NCBI RefSeq assembly: GCF_020745735.1
Contig: NC_083420.1
Span: forward strand, 23,002,001 to 23,066,000
Length of the DNA: 64,000 nt
Reading direction: 5' to 3'
Source: Hemiscyllium ocellatum
Taxonomy: Eukaryota
In this document: positions 1 to 12,700 of the stretch, piece by piece
How the letters are laid out: every line of letters starts with the position of its first letter
Numbering within the stretch: position 1 is the stretch's first letter
Made by a program: the position numbers and the translations under genes
Notes under the pieces: model-generated
What the model was told of the DNA's origin: nothing
The model's database searches: none
The model's input: only the letters and a program-made list of their open reading frames with translations

Positions 1-3000
1 ACCATGAACTTGGAAGAGCCTCCCATCTCTGGAGATCCTGCCTAATATTATTGAGCAAGTGAGCAAAGCTAGTCCAAATTAACCAATCAAACATGGGGGT
101 TATAAAAATGCCTAGGTATTGGAGCCCCACCCGTGACCACTTAAAAGGGAACCTAGGCCACCTTCAACTTCTGGCACTTCTTTGAGATTCCCCAAAGGCA
201 TAGCCTCCGATTTTGCAAAGTTGACCTTATATCCTGAAATAGCCCCAAGTGAATTGATACAATGTATCAGATGGGGGTACAGGGGTCATCAGGTTCAGAA
301 ACAGAAGGACATCATTCGCATACAGAGTAATTTTGTGTCCCCTCGATCCCACTTTCGGAGCGGTTACGTAGACGTTCTGGCGAATGGTCTCTGCCAGCCG
401 CTCTATCATCAATGTAAACAACAAAGGTGAAAGGGGCAGCCTTGATGACTACCCCGCCAATCCGAAAGTTCCCAGACTTCACCCTGTTGGTGATGACCAC
501 GGCCAGAGGGTGGCAATATAAAACCTCCACCCACCTAGCAAAGACCCCACCCAAACCAAACTGCTCTAAAAGACATACGGCCATTCCCCCCAACCGGTCA
601 AATGCTTTTGCTGCATCTAAGGAAATCACCAACCCCTGAATTGATCGCTGCTGATATACTTGGACCATATTCATGGACTATTATTAGAAGACCTATGGCC
701 CCTTATACGATCCGTCTGGTCCTCTTTGATAATATGGGGCAACACTTTCTCCAATCTCAGCGCCAAGATCTTAGACAGAATCTTGAAATCTGAATTTAAT
801 AAACAGATGGGCCTGTATGAGGCACAATCCTCAGGAAACTTCCCCTTCTTAAGAAGGAGGCAAATATTAGCTTCTCTCAAAGATGGTGGTAAGCATTCAT
901 GCATGTAGGAATGATTGGACGTCTCCAATATCGGCCATGACAGAATCCCTATTAACTCCTTATAAAACTCACCCGGGAGACCATCAGGGCCAGGCATTTT
1001 CCCACTCTGAAGTTGCCTCGCTGCCTCCTGTATTTCCTGAACTGTCAAGAGGGTATTAAGGAGTGAGGCCTGTTCCAGGGTTACCCTGGGAGGTCCAGGT
1101 TCCTAAAAAAAAGGCTTTCATTTTAGCCCACCGGTCCTCGCAACCTTCAGACCTATACAATTCAGAGTAAAAACTCCAAAAAGCCTCATTAATCCTTTTG
1201 GCATCGTATGTAAGGACCCTGGCGCTGTCTCTAACTGCAGTAATGGATTGGGGAGCATGCTTTTTCTTAGTCAGATATGCTAAATACTACCCTAGCCTAT
1301 CCCCATACTCAAACAGCCTTTGTCTAGCGAAAGCAAATTCTTTCTTTGCAGTTTGTGTAAGTATTGAATTCAAGGCAGCCCGGAGAGCCATAATTCGCTG
1401 TACCTTAGTCACCGAAGACCACTCAAAATGTGCCACCTCGGCAGCTTTCAACTATGTCTCAAGTAGCCGCTGCTGTTCCCAATTCTGTCGTTTCCAGCTA
1501 GCTGAATAGGAAATAGCTAATCCCTTAGCAAAGGCCTTAGCAGTCTCCCATAGCATAGACAAACTACTATCCATGCCTGAGTTGATATTCAGAACTCCTG
1601 AAACTCCTTCAAAAAGTATTCCATAAATTTGGAATCCTTAAGGAAAAAAGGATCCAGACACCAGTGCCACAAACCTATCCCCTCACTCTTGGCCTTAACC
1701 TCCAAATATACCGCTGTGTGATCAGAGATACCCATGTTCCTAATATTACAACCCATAATCAAATCCAGAAGGATCAAGGGAGCCAGAAAAAGATCAATCC
1801 TCGTGTGACATTTATGTGGGTTTGAAAAGAAAAGGTGAAGTCCCTGCTAGTAGAGTGAAGATATCTCCAAATGTCCACCAAACCCAACCCCTCACATAAG
1901 TCAGCCACCTACTTGGCCTGCGAAGAAATAGTTGGAGGCCCACTGGGCATTCTGTCGGCTATCAAATCCAAAAGGCAATTACAATCCTCCCCATAATAAT
2001 GTGCCATGTTCCAAAGGCACTCAACTTAGAAAAGGCACTAACCAAAAATTTAAGGGGATATGCCCGAGGACAGTAGACATTTAAAATGCCATATTCCTCC
2101 CCACGTATCAGGGCCTTAAGTATCACAAACTGCCCTTGCTCATCTTTCACCTACTCTAATAATGTGAACAGAAGATTTTTCTGGATAAGTACTGCCACTC
2201 CCCTACTTTTAGTAGTAATGGATGAAAAGAATACCTGGTCATAACCCCCTGTTGTAACTTCAGGTCTTCCCCATCATCCTGCAACAGAGTGATATCAACC
2301 CTTTCCCTCTTAAGGCTAGAAAGCATTTTTCTTTCTTTTAACAGGCGAATGACTTCCCTTGATGTTCCAGGTTCACCATTTAACAAGACACTTACTCAGA
2401 TCCCCTTTCAGAGACCCGTAAACCCCCAAGAGGGAGAACCCTGCTTACATTGCGCCAAACACAAGTAAATAAAGTCTAAGAGTTGCAGAATTGTATATAC
2501 AAAAACTACTCTGTCATAACTAGAAACAACTATTGCTACCAAAAAGCTACATAGAAAACCCACTATAAAACCTTGAATGGGAGATTCTCCCCCCTGCCCA
2601 TAGGGGGCACTCAACCTACCCATCCCCTCCTTCACAGCTCCTTCAAGCCCGGACTGTTCCCCAGCCTTAGGCAAAGCAAACCTAAACAAGGAGATGATCC
2701 TTAAGTCAACAAAAAGGACAGCCAGGATAAGCACTCCGCCAATCCTGGCTCCATGTCACCCTTACTTATGACTAAAAGAGAAAAAGAACAAAAAAAAAGG
2801 AGACAACAAAGGACACCCACAAAATTGCCCATGATAAAATCCAGTTATAAAAATGTACTAGGAACGTTTATTAGGGAAAGAGAAAGACAAAAAAGGGGAG
2901 AAAAGGGAAAACACAGGGAAAGAAGGAAAAGAGGACAAACATTAACCATATTCTTCAGACCAGTCAGTCTATTTTAAAGTGTCTACAAGGTTCTTAGCTT

Positions 3001-3404
3001 TATCCGCTGAGTCAAATACATGAACTGAGTCCTCATGGCTGAAATGGGGCACCGTGGGATACCTCATGGAGTACTGGATGCCCGGATTCCTCAGCCCCTT
3101 TTTAACGTCATCGGAGGCCTTTCTCTTTCAAATTACAGCTGCCAAAAAATCTTGGAAAAACATGATTTTCGACCCCTTGTGCAGCAGTGCCTGTTCGCCT
3201 TTTTCCAGTGATCTGGAGGTTTCGATCACTTTTTGCTTGGCTTTATATATGTGAAAGTACACTAGGACCAGGTGGGGGTGCTGTACTGACCAGTTTTCAA
3301 AGAAGCTGACTGGCTGCCCGCCTTCTTCACCCTCCGGCAGCTCAACAATCTGAAGATTAGTCTTCTCACCTCAATTTTCGAAGTTGTCAACCTGGTCTCA
3401 TAAA
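1..3404 (-). mobile_element. Decayed L1-clade LINE, 3' part of ORF1 and ORF2 (APE endonuclease + RT), running off the left edge
   Basis: Frameshifted ORF2 pieces: GKMPGPDGLPGEFYK, ASYRPICLLNSDFKILSKILALRL, SLDAAKAFDR, LYANDVLL (YADD-derived), ISDHTAV, ILNVYCP; ORF1 piece DQVDNFEN..NLQIVELPEGEEG near 3330-3400. Confidence 0.9.
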
Positions 3405-6200
3405 GGAGAAAGTGAGGACGGCAAATGCTGGAGATCAGAGCTGAAAATGTGTTGCTGGAAAAGCGCAGCAGGTCAGGCAGCATCCAAGGAGCAGGAGAAT
3501 TGACATTTCCGGCATGAGCCCTTCTTCAGGAATGAGGAGGGTGTGCCAAGCAGGCTAAGAAAAAAGGTAGGGAGGAGGGACGTGGGGGAAGGGTGTTGGA
3601 AGTGCGATAGGTGGAAGGAGGTTAAAGTGAGGGTGATAGGCCGGAGAGGGGGTGGGGGCGGAGAGGTCAGGAAGAAGATTGCAGGTCAGGAAGTTGGTGC
3701 TGAATTCGAGGGTTGGGACTGAGACAAGGTGGGGGGAGGGGAAATGAGGAAACTGGAGAAATCTGAGTTCATCCCTTGTGGTTGGAGGGTTCCTAGGCGG
3801 AAGATGAGGCGCTCTTCCTCCAGCCGTCGTGTTGCTATGATCTGGCGATGGAGGAGTCCAGGGACCTGCATGTCCTTGGTGGAGTGGGAGAGGGAGTTGA
3901 AGTGTTGAGCCATGGGGTGGTTGGGTTGGTTGGTCCGGGTGTCCCAGAGGTGTTCTCTGAAACGTTCCGCAAGTAGGCGGCCTGTCTCCCCAATATAGAG
4001 GAGGCCACATCGGGTGCAGCGGATGCAGTAAATGATGTGTGTGGAGGGGCAGGTGAATTTGTGGCGGTATTAGAAGGATCCCTTGGGGCCTCGGAGGGAA
4101 GTAAGGGGGGAGGTGTGGGCGCAAGTTTTGCATTTCTTGCGATTGCAGGGGAAGGTGCTGGGAGTGCAGGTTGGGTTGGTGGGGGGTGTGGACCTAACGA
4201 GGGAGTCACGGAGGGAGTGGTCTTTTCGGAATGCTGATAGGGGAGGGGAGGGAAATATAACCCTGGTGGTGGGGTCCGTTTGGAGGTGGCGGAAATGACG
4301 ATGGATAATACGATATATATGAAGGTTGGTTGGGTGGTAGGTGAGGACCAGTGGAGTTCTGTCCTGGTGGCGATTGGAGGGGTGGGGCTCAAGGATGGAA
4401 GAGCGGGAAGTGGAGGAGATGCGGTGAAGAGCATCGTCAATCACGTCTGGGGAGAAATTGTGGTCTTTGAAGGAGGAGGCTATCTGGCTTGTTTGGTATT
4501 GGAACTGGCACTCCTGGGAGCAGATGCGGCAGAGATGAAGGAATTGGGAATATGAGATGGCATTTTTACAGGAGGCAGGATGGGAGGAGGTGTAGTCTAG
4601 GTAGCTGTGGGAGTCAGTCGGTTTATAGTAAATGTCCGTGTTGATTCGGTCGCCCGAGATAGAAATAGAGAGGTCTAGGAAGGGGAGGGAGGAGTCTGAG
4701 ACAGTCCAGGTAAATTTGAGGTCGGGGTGGAAGGTGTTGGTAAAGTGGATGAACTGTTCAACCTCCTCGTGGGAGCACGAGGCAGCGCCGATACAGTCAT
4801 CAATGTAGCGGAGGAAAAGGTGGGGGGTGGTGCCAGTATAGCTGCGGAAGATGGACTGTTCCACATATCCTACAAAGAGACAGGCATAACTGGGGCCCAT
4901 GCGGGTGCCCATGGCTACTCCTTTGGTTTGGAGAAAGTGGGAGGATTGGAAAGGGAAGTTGTTCAGAGTGAGGACCTGTTCAGTCAGTCGAAGGAGGGTG
5001 TCAGTGGAAGGGTACTAGTTGGTACGGTGGGAAAGGAAGAAGTGGAGGGCTTTGAGTCCTTCATAATGGGGGATGGAGGTGTACAGGGACTGGATGTCCA
5101 TGGCGGAGATAAGGCTTTGGGGACCGGGGAAGCGAAACTCAGGGAGGAGGTGGAGGGTGTGGGTGGTGTCCCGAACATAGATGGGGAGTTCTTGGACCAA
5201 GGGGACAGGACCGTGTCGAGGTATGCAGCAATGAGTTCGGTGGGGCAGGAGCAGGCTGAGACAATGAGTCGGCCGGGGCAGGCAGGTTTGTGGATTTTGG
5301 GGGTGCGGGCTTGTGGGACTATGAGGTTGGAGGTGGTGGATGGGAGATCCCCTGAGGTGATGAGGCTATGGATGGTCTGGGAGATGATGGTTTGGTGGTG
5401 GGAGGTGTGGTCATGGTCAAGGGGGCATAGGAGGAGGTGTCCGCGAGCTGGCATTTAGCCTCAGCAGTGTAAAGGTCAGTGTGCCAAACTACTACCGCGC
5501 CTCCCTTGTCTGCCGGTTTGATAGTGAGGTTGGGGTTGGAACGGAGGGAGTGGAGGGCTGCAAGTTCCGAGGGTGAGGTTGGAGTGGGTGAGAGGGGTGC
5601 AGAGGTTGAGGTGGTTAATGTCGCGGCGGCAGTTGGCTATGAAGAGATCGAGGGCAGGTAAGAGGCCAGCACGGGGTGTCCAGGTGGATGGGGTGTGTTG
5701 GAGGTGGGAGAAGGGGTCGTCAGAGGGTGGGCAAGAATCCTGGTTGAAGAAGTAGGCTCAGAGACGAAGGCGGCAGAAGAACTGTTCGATGTCTCACCGT
5801 GTGTTGAACTCGTTAATCCGAGAGCATAGGGGAATGAAGGTGAGGCCTCTGTTAAGGACTGATCTTTCATCCTCAGAGAGGGGTAGTTCTTGAGGGATGG
5901 TGAAAACATGGCAGGGCTGGGAGCTAGGTGGGGTTGGAGCTGGGAGTGGAGGCGGGGTTAGGAGTCGGGGCGGGGTTAGGCGTGCGAACGGAGATCGGCA
6001 TGGGAGCGGGGTTAGGCGTGGTGATGGAGATCAGCATGAGAGCGGAGACGCATGTGGCATGGTCGTTGTGCTGGTGAGTGATGTCACTGGGGGCAGAAGT
6101 GGCTGCAGCGACGGCAACCCTGGGGTCGGAAGCGGTTGCCGCCGCGGGGGCTGCAGCGGCCGTGTGGTTAATGGCACCCGAGTGATTTCGGAGGCCGACA
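3405..6200 (-). mobile_element. Penelope-like retroelement (RT + GIY-YIG endonuclease), inserted into L1 ORF1; frameshifted
   Basis: ORF 4070-4912 with MGTRMGPSYACLF, FLRYIDDCIG, LPFLDL, YYKPTDSHSYL; downstream CxxC and IYCIRC..LYIGETGR GIY-YIG motif; hammerhead-like core in the 3' end. Confidence 0.9.
3498..3533 (-). ncRNA. Minimal hammerhead ribozyme core, degenerate
   Basis: ATTC-CTGAAGA-A-GGGC-TCAT-GCCG-GAAA-TG-TC-AATT; the ACGT palindrome has decayed to ATGT. Confidence 0.55.
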
Positions 6201-6692
6201 GCACCTTCCACGCCAGTACCTGGATCTGACTGGATAAGGACTCGATCGCCGCGGTTCGATTCTCCATCTGCTCCCTGAGGCCCTGGAGCTCCTGTTCATG
6301 TTTCTGCAGCATGAATGCGATGGGTTGGATCTGGGTATGGTTCTCCTCATGGACCTCCTCAATCGCAGCTCTAACCTTCGAGGTAAGTCTCGCCATCACC
6401 GCCGCCAATTCCTAGGAGTCTGTCAGGTTCCCCAGTGGTTCTGGAGAGGCTGCTGCTGTGACCTCTGGTGTGCCCCGTGCTGCAGAAAGGTGTCCTCCTT
6501 GCTGCTGTTTGCTTGCTCCTTTTCCTTTTGGCATCCTTCCCACTCCCAAATATTAATTCTGTAAAGTTTTAAACTAATAATTCCTCCACATAATTTGGCC
6601 AGGGATGGTTAAAAAAAACACCAGTATGCTGTAGCTGTTAGGCAGAGCCGTCCATGGCAGTTCTACAGAATCGCTGCCATTTTGCCGAGTCA
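6201..6692 (-). mobile_element. 5' end (5'UTR + ORF1 N-terminus) of the L1 at 1-3404
   Basis: Coiled-coil ORF1 (MLQKHEQELQGLREQMENR) homologous to ORF1 of the second L1; YY1-like AAAATGGC near the 5' end. Confidence 0.8.
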
Positions 6693-6749
6693 TCATTGGA
6701 TTTTAATATCTGCAAGTATGAGGTTCCCCATTTGGATTGAGACAGAATA

Positions 6750-7460
6750 GATCAGGGTATTTTTAGAAGGCACAAAAGTTAAATACAGTGGATGTTTAAT
6801 AACTAATAGGGTTCAGGTCCAAAACTTTTTAAAATGTCAAGAACAGGTGTAGAAAATAGTCAAGAAGAGTAATGGAACGCTGGCCTTCATATCTAAAGAG
6901 GTGAAGTGTAGGGATGCAGACATTACACCACAATTACACAAAATCCTAGTTAGATCCTACTTAGAGTACTGGAAGCAGATCTGGACACCACACCTTAGGA
7001 AGGATGTTTTGACTCTGGATGGAGTTTACCACTGGTTTACAAGGATAATACATGGTCTTCAGGGTTTAAGTTATGGGGAGAGATCAGAAAATTAGGCCTT
7101 CATTCTCTGGAATTTAGAAGGTTCTGGTGTGATCTAATCAAGATATTTACAGGGAAGATAAAGGTAAACTATTTTCACACGTTAGGGATTCCAGAACTAT
7201 GGGGTATCATCTAAGAATTTGGGCAAAACTGTTTAGGAGAGAGATGTTAGAAAGCACTTCCACACTCAAAGATTAGTGGAAGTTTGGAACTCTTCCTCAC
7301 ACAGCAGTCAATGTGAATTCAATTTTTACATTAACTCAGTCAAATATTTAGTAAGCAAGAGTATTAAGGCAGGCAAATAAAGCTAGACACAGATCAGCCG
7401 TAATCTTACTGAATGGTGGAGCGCTTGAGGCTGAGTGCCTACTCCTGTTCCTATGACTAA
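6750..7460 (+). mobile_element. Old CR1-type LINE 3' fragment
   Basis: ORF 6901-7095 LHKILVRSYLEYWKQIWTPHLRKD matches the CR1 LYxxLVRPHLEYCVQFWSP motif. Confidence 0.75.
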
Positions 7461-9713
7461 AAAATGGAAAGTGAACGATAGCTATTACAGGAAGGAAACA
7501 GTCTATTCACCACAATCAATCTCTGTTAGAACGCACCCTATCACCTTTACCCAACCTCTTTCCAGACCTTTCAACGTTTTTATTCAACCACTTGAATCTA
7601 ACTAAAAACATTTCATCCACACAGAAAAGGACTGAAGTCACAATCAGACATGGAGGAGGAATGATAAACAGAGAAACTCAGGAATATATAAATTGGAAAT
7701 TAATTCTGCAGTGTCCTTACTCTGCATGAAGTTATTCTCATCCCACTGATCTAAATTTATTTCATTTAATCTTATTTCAATTGTAATTGACATTTTGTTT
7801 CGAATTGTAATTACATGGTGAGAGCCAGTGGCTTTGCATTTTTTTTGTGTGTGGGAGACACTTTGTAATTATTGACGTTGCCAAGGGCAATCCCTCGTGC
7901 TCACTGCAGAATGAATGTCAGGAACACAGTTATTGCAGAAAACATTTTGATACTTAACAGAAGTATGTAATTTTAACATGGGGAAAACATACAATGTGAA
8001 ACTCTTCAGACATCGGGCTTAAGCTCATCCAAAACACTGCTGCTGCCACCCTGCATCCACTGACGTGGACTGGCCCACGGTCTGGCAATGCCTGGATTAA
8101 AATATTCTTCCTCCTGTTCAAATCCATCCATATCTCTAATCTCCTCTGATCATGCAAGCCTCTGATATCTGCACTGCTCAGTTCTGGACTCTTGAGCATC
8201 TCCAAGAACCATTGCTGCAGCATTAGTGGCCCTGCCTTCAATTGCTTGGGTCACAAGCTCTTGAACATCCCTTCCATGCCTCTGTTCCTTTCTCTGCTCC
8301 TTTAAGATGCACCTTAAAATCTACCATTTTTACCCTAATTTTGATGACCTGTCCTTTTTCACACCTCATTGTCAAATTTTGTGTGATTATGTTCTTCACG
8401 ATGCTGTACTACATCCAGGTGGCACCAAATGTACAAGTTGCTGTTATAGATTTTATGACCTTGAACATCACAAGCTTAATTTTTTTTTGCAATGGATTAA
8501 ATTAGTTAGAAGCCAGGATGGATTGTTGCAGTCATGGAGAAGTTATAATTTTCTAATGGAGACTTACAGTATACAGAACATTCTCTTAATTTGATAAAAA
8601 CTGCCTTCTGTTTATGCAGGTTGTATTATGGAGTCATTTATAATTCAACAATAGATTTATAGACTATTTTCTGCCTTTATTTCTTGTGTATGAGGTCTTA
8701 TTGCCTATTCCTAAATTTGTTATGCTTGTCAAATATTATGAATGCATATCTCCAAATCTGAAATAGCAGCAGCAGCTGTTACAGTACCAAACTGTAATTT
8801 CCCTTTTTATGTGGAGCTGTTGTTTCACATTCTCACATCTCCTCTGCCTCTACTACAAAATCTACAATCAAACCTTCTTCTCAAGTTCCTGTATATTTGT
8901 GTATTTAGACGCAATAATGTAAAAATTGCATTCTCATGTAAAGATAATGTGCAGTATTATTCATGCATCGTCACAATGCTTCAGTTATCACATAGCCCTT
9001 TATTCTCCCCAACAGAAAATACTTGATACTCACAGAAAATTAAGTAGTTCAAAGAAAACAAAGACAAAACAATTTAGTCCTGTGTGAAGACCACTGGTGG
9101 ACTAAAATGGGAAAACATTCTTCTTTAAACAAAGGAAGCTGTGTCAGTGAGGGGGAGAATCCTAGACAAAACTGTGCTGTCTGTGGGTGTTCAGGACAAT
9201 TTTGATTGGCTTTTCAATTGGCATCAATTATTGCGGATTTAGGAGGGCTCAGCAAACTTACGATCATTTGACTGGTTCCTGGGAAAGTGGTAACAGCCTT
9301 ATGCAAAAACAATACAGCAAAAATAACTGGTCTGCAAAGGGAAATCTTCCACCTCTCTCTGTCTCCCTTCTGAATGGAGAAGTAAAAGAAATCTCCAGTA
9401 GCTAGCTACTCTCCCTCACCTTTCTCCATAAGCTGCTCCCTCTGCAAATTCAAAGGAAGGAGAAAATTAAACCTTTAGAAGGTACAGAATGAACAAATCC
9501 TTGCTTAGTGAATTGAGAAGATTGAGAATAGATATATCCTTGACTTTGAATCATCAGAAAACAGTTGGAATTAATTTAAAGAACATTAAAAATATCAAAT
9601 CAGCAACTCCATGATCTGGACTGATGCCTGAATGGTTTCTGATTTCTACTTTCCTTCATAATATTTGTATTTTATCTCTTTGTGGGTTTATTTGGATGTG
9701 TATGGGAATTTTT

Positions 9714-12700
9714 TTAAAATATATTTTTATTGAAAAATAGATACTTTCAATATTACAAATACAAAACAATCCAAAGAAAGAACACAAGAAAATGAGAAAA
9801 AATACAACCCGCCCTCATGTACAAACAAATAAATATATATAGAAAAATATATATTTAAAAACCCTAACTATTTAACAAAATAAATGATAACCAACAACAA
9901 ATTAATAAATTGTAATAACTCAGCCAAACAAAACACTTACACGTTTGCAGTTCCTCCTCCTGGATATTGGACTACAAAGCACAATCATTACAGCTCTATA
10001 ACAGCCTTTATTAGTGTGGCAGATAAATCGGTGTCCAGGTATCCAGGTATTCCAAAAAGAGCGGCCATGTCTTATAGAAATTCTCAGTTTTGTGGTGAGA
10101 AAATCCAAGGGATATGTTCCGTAACAATCTTCCGCCAACCAAACAGGCCCGGGGGATTTTTGGATATCCAACCTAACAAGATTTTTCTTGCACAGCAAGT
10201 GAGGATGTTGAGAAGTTTTTTTTCTTATGCGCATCTACAGGGAACACACTGGGCAGGCCAAGAAGAGGAGAGATTGGGTTCTTCTCTACCCTTCCACCCA
10301 AAATCCCCTCCATTGCATTCACCACAGTGCTTCAGTATGTTTGAAGCCTACTGCAGGACCAGAGACAGTTGGTAAGAGTACCTGAACAAATCCTGCACTT
10401 GGGACATGTTGAAGGTACTCCTGGTTTAAATTTTGATAAACGGTCCAGGGCCAAGAGGACCCTGTGGAGAATCTTCACCTGTAAAGCATGGGTCCTATTG
10501 CAGGTTTCTTGCATTTTCCCAAATATCTTCCCATGCCTCTGAGGAGACCTCAACGCCTAGCTCTATCTCCCACACCCTGCAAAGCTGATCAAACTCATCT
10601 GAGGGGGCACCCTCCCAATTGATAATATAAAGCACTGACAGAAAGTGTACTCTTAGCACCGAACACCCTCTTCTCTATGTCAGATTTGTAGGGATCAGTC
10701 AAAAGTGTAGTCTTTTTTTGAATAAAATCACTAACATGAAAAAAAACGAGAGGTCCCTGTTAGATAGCTCGTATTTCCGTGCTAACTGATCAAAGGACAT
10801 CATTGTGTCTCCTTCAAACAAACTGCCCATGCAAGACATATCTCTAGCTGCCCAATGTTTGAATCCTGAATCTATCATCCCTGGTCGAAAATCCAGCATA
10901 CCCATTATAGATGCAAGAGAGGATATTTTGCCAATATTGCCTTCCCTCTGCCGAATTGCCCTCCATGCTTTAACAGCACTGATAACTATTGGGTTATGGC
11001 AATATTCCTTAACTGTCCTCATTTTGTCCAAAAACAGCAAGCTAGTAAGGGGGCACTTTGCCTTGGAGGTTTTGATACTAACCATATTGAAAGAGGGTCC
11101 CACAAGCCCAATCACTCATGTAGGATAAAAGCGAGCTTAGTTGGTAGCTTTTAGTGTCTAGGAGATCCATTTTACCCAGTTTGTGAGGCAATTGCATTTT
11201 AACTAATTTAATAAGGAGCTGCATATGGTGCCAAATAAAGGAGCTGAACCAGCCATTCAGTCTTCTGAATGTTTGCATATCGAAAATCATGGGGGAGTAT
11301 CCATATAGGGTACAACAAACGGGGGAAATATTCATCTTAATAAGCACTATCCAACCCAACCATGAGACCAGAAGCATCTCCCATCTTTGAAGATCTTGTT
11401 TGATCTTGTCAAATAATTAAACAATAATTTAGATCCAAAACTAAAGTAATGAATATGCCCAAATACACAAACCTCCCACCCCTCCCCGCAACCACTTAAA
11501 TGGGAATCGATATTCACCCTCAAGACCTAGCACCTTCATAAGACCACCCATAGGCACTGCCTCTGATTTTGCAAGATTAATCTTGAACCCTGAAAAGGTG
11601 CCAAATACACTGATGCATTGTATCAGGTGAGGCATTGAAACTGCTGGATTTGACAAAACAAAAAGGACATTGCCTGTGTACAATGAAATCTTATGTAATT
11701 TTAACCCCACTTCTGGAGCTGATATATTGGGATCCCGATGAATGGTTCAATCACCAATGTAAAAAGCAGTGGCAAAAGGGGTCAGCCCTGCCAGCTGCCC
11801 TTAAAAATGTTGAAGTTGCTTGATAGCACCCCACTGGTGATGACCGCAGTGGGAGGGTCACTATAGAGAACTGTTACCCATCTTATAAAGACTTCGCCCA
11901 AGCCAAACTGCTCCAGAGTATAAAAAAGGTACAGCCACTCAACTCGGTCAAATGCCTTCTCTGCATCTAAAGAATTCACCAATCTCGGTGTTGACTGTTG
12001 TTGACACGCTTGAATTACATTAAGCAGCCTCCTCATGTTATTGGAGGATCGGCAGCCCTTTATGAAGCTGTATAGTCCTCTTTAACAATAGAAGGTGGCA
12101 CAGTCTCCAGCCTTAATACAGGAGTCTTAGGATTTTAAAGTCCACATTTAAGAGTGAAATGGGCCTGTATGAAGCACAGTCCTCCGGGACCTTCCCTTTT
12201 TTAAGAATAATCGAAATATGGCAGGAGACAATCAGGGCCATATGAGTCATTGAACATGTTGAGCATTGGGCCTGACAATATGTTTATAAATTCCTTATAT
12301 AATTTGCTGGGAAGTCTGTCAGGACTGGATGCCTTTCCACTCTGAAGCTGCTTCACAGCCTCCTGCATCTCTTGCTCTGATAAGGGGGCACTGAGAAAAG
12401 ACTCTTGTTCGGGGATCACGCCCGGGAGCTCCAGATCCTTGAAAAAGGACTCCATCCTGGCCCACCCTCTCCTCACAACCCTCAGATTGGTATTAACTTA
12501 GAGTAAAATCTCTGGAATGCCACATTAATCTTCTTAGAGTCACATGTTAGGTTCCCAAACCCTTCCCTAATGGCTTTAGGGGCACTCCTTTTCCTGGCGA
12601 GAGATGGTAAGTAGTTGCCTGGTTTGTCACCATGCTCATATAACCTTCGCTTTGCAAATGTAAGCTCCTCCTTTCCTGTCTGTGTGAGCACGGAGTTCAA

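Noticed and set aside
4727-5458. 243-aa plus-strand ORF and similar antisense ORFs over PLE, L1 and CR1 copies
   Set aside because: Shadow ORFs opposite RT-coding sequence
5950-6020. Three GGGGTTAGG telomere-like motifs in the PLE 5' region
   Set aside because: Not tandem TTAGGG; explained by a repeated TPNPAP-encoding low-complexity segment
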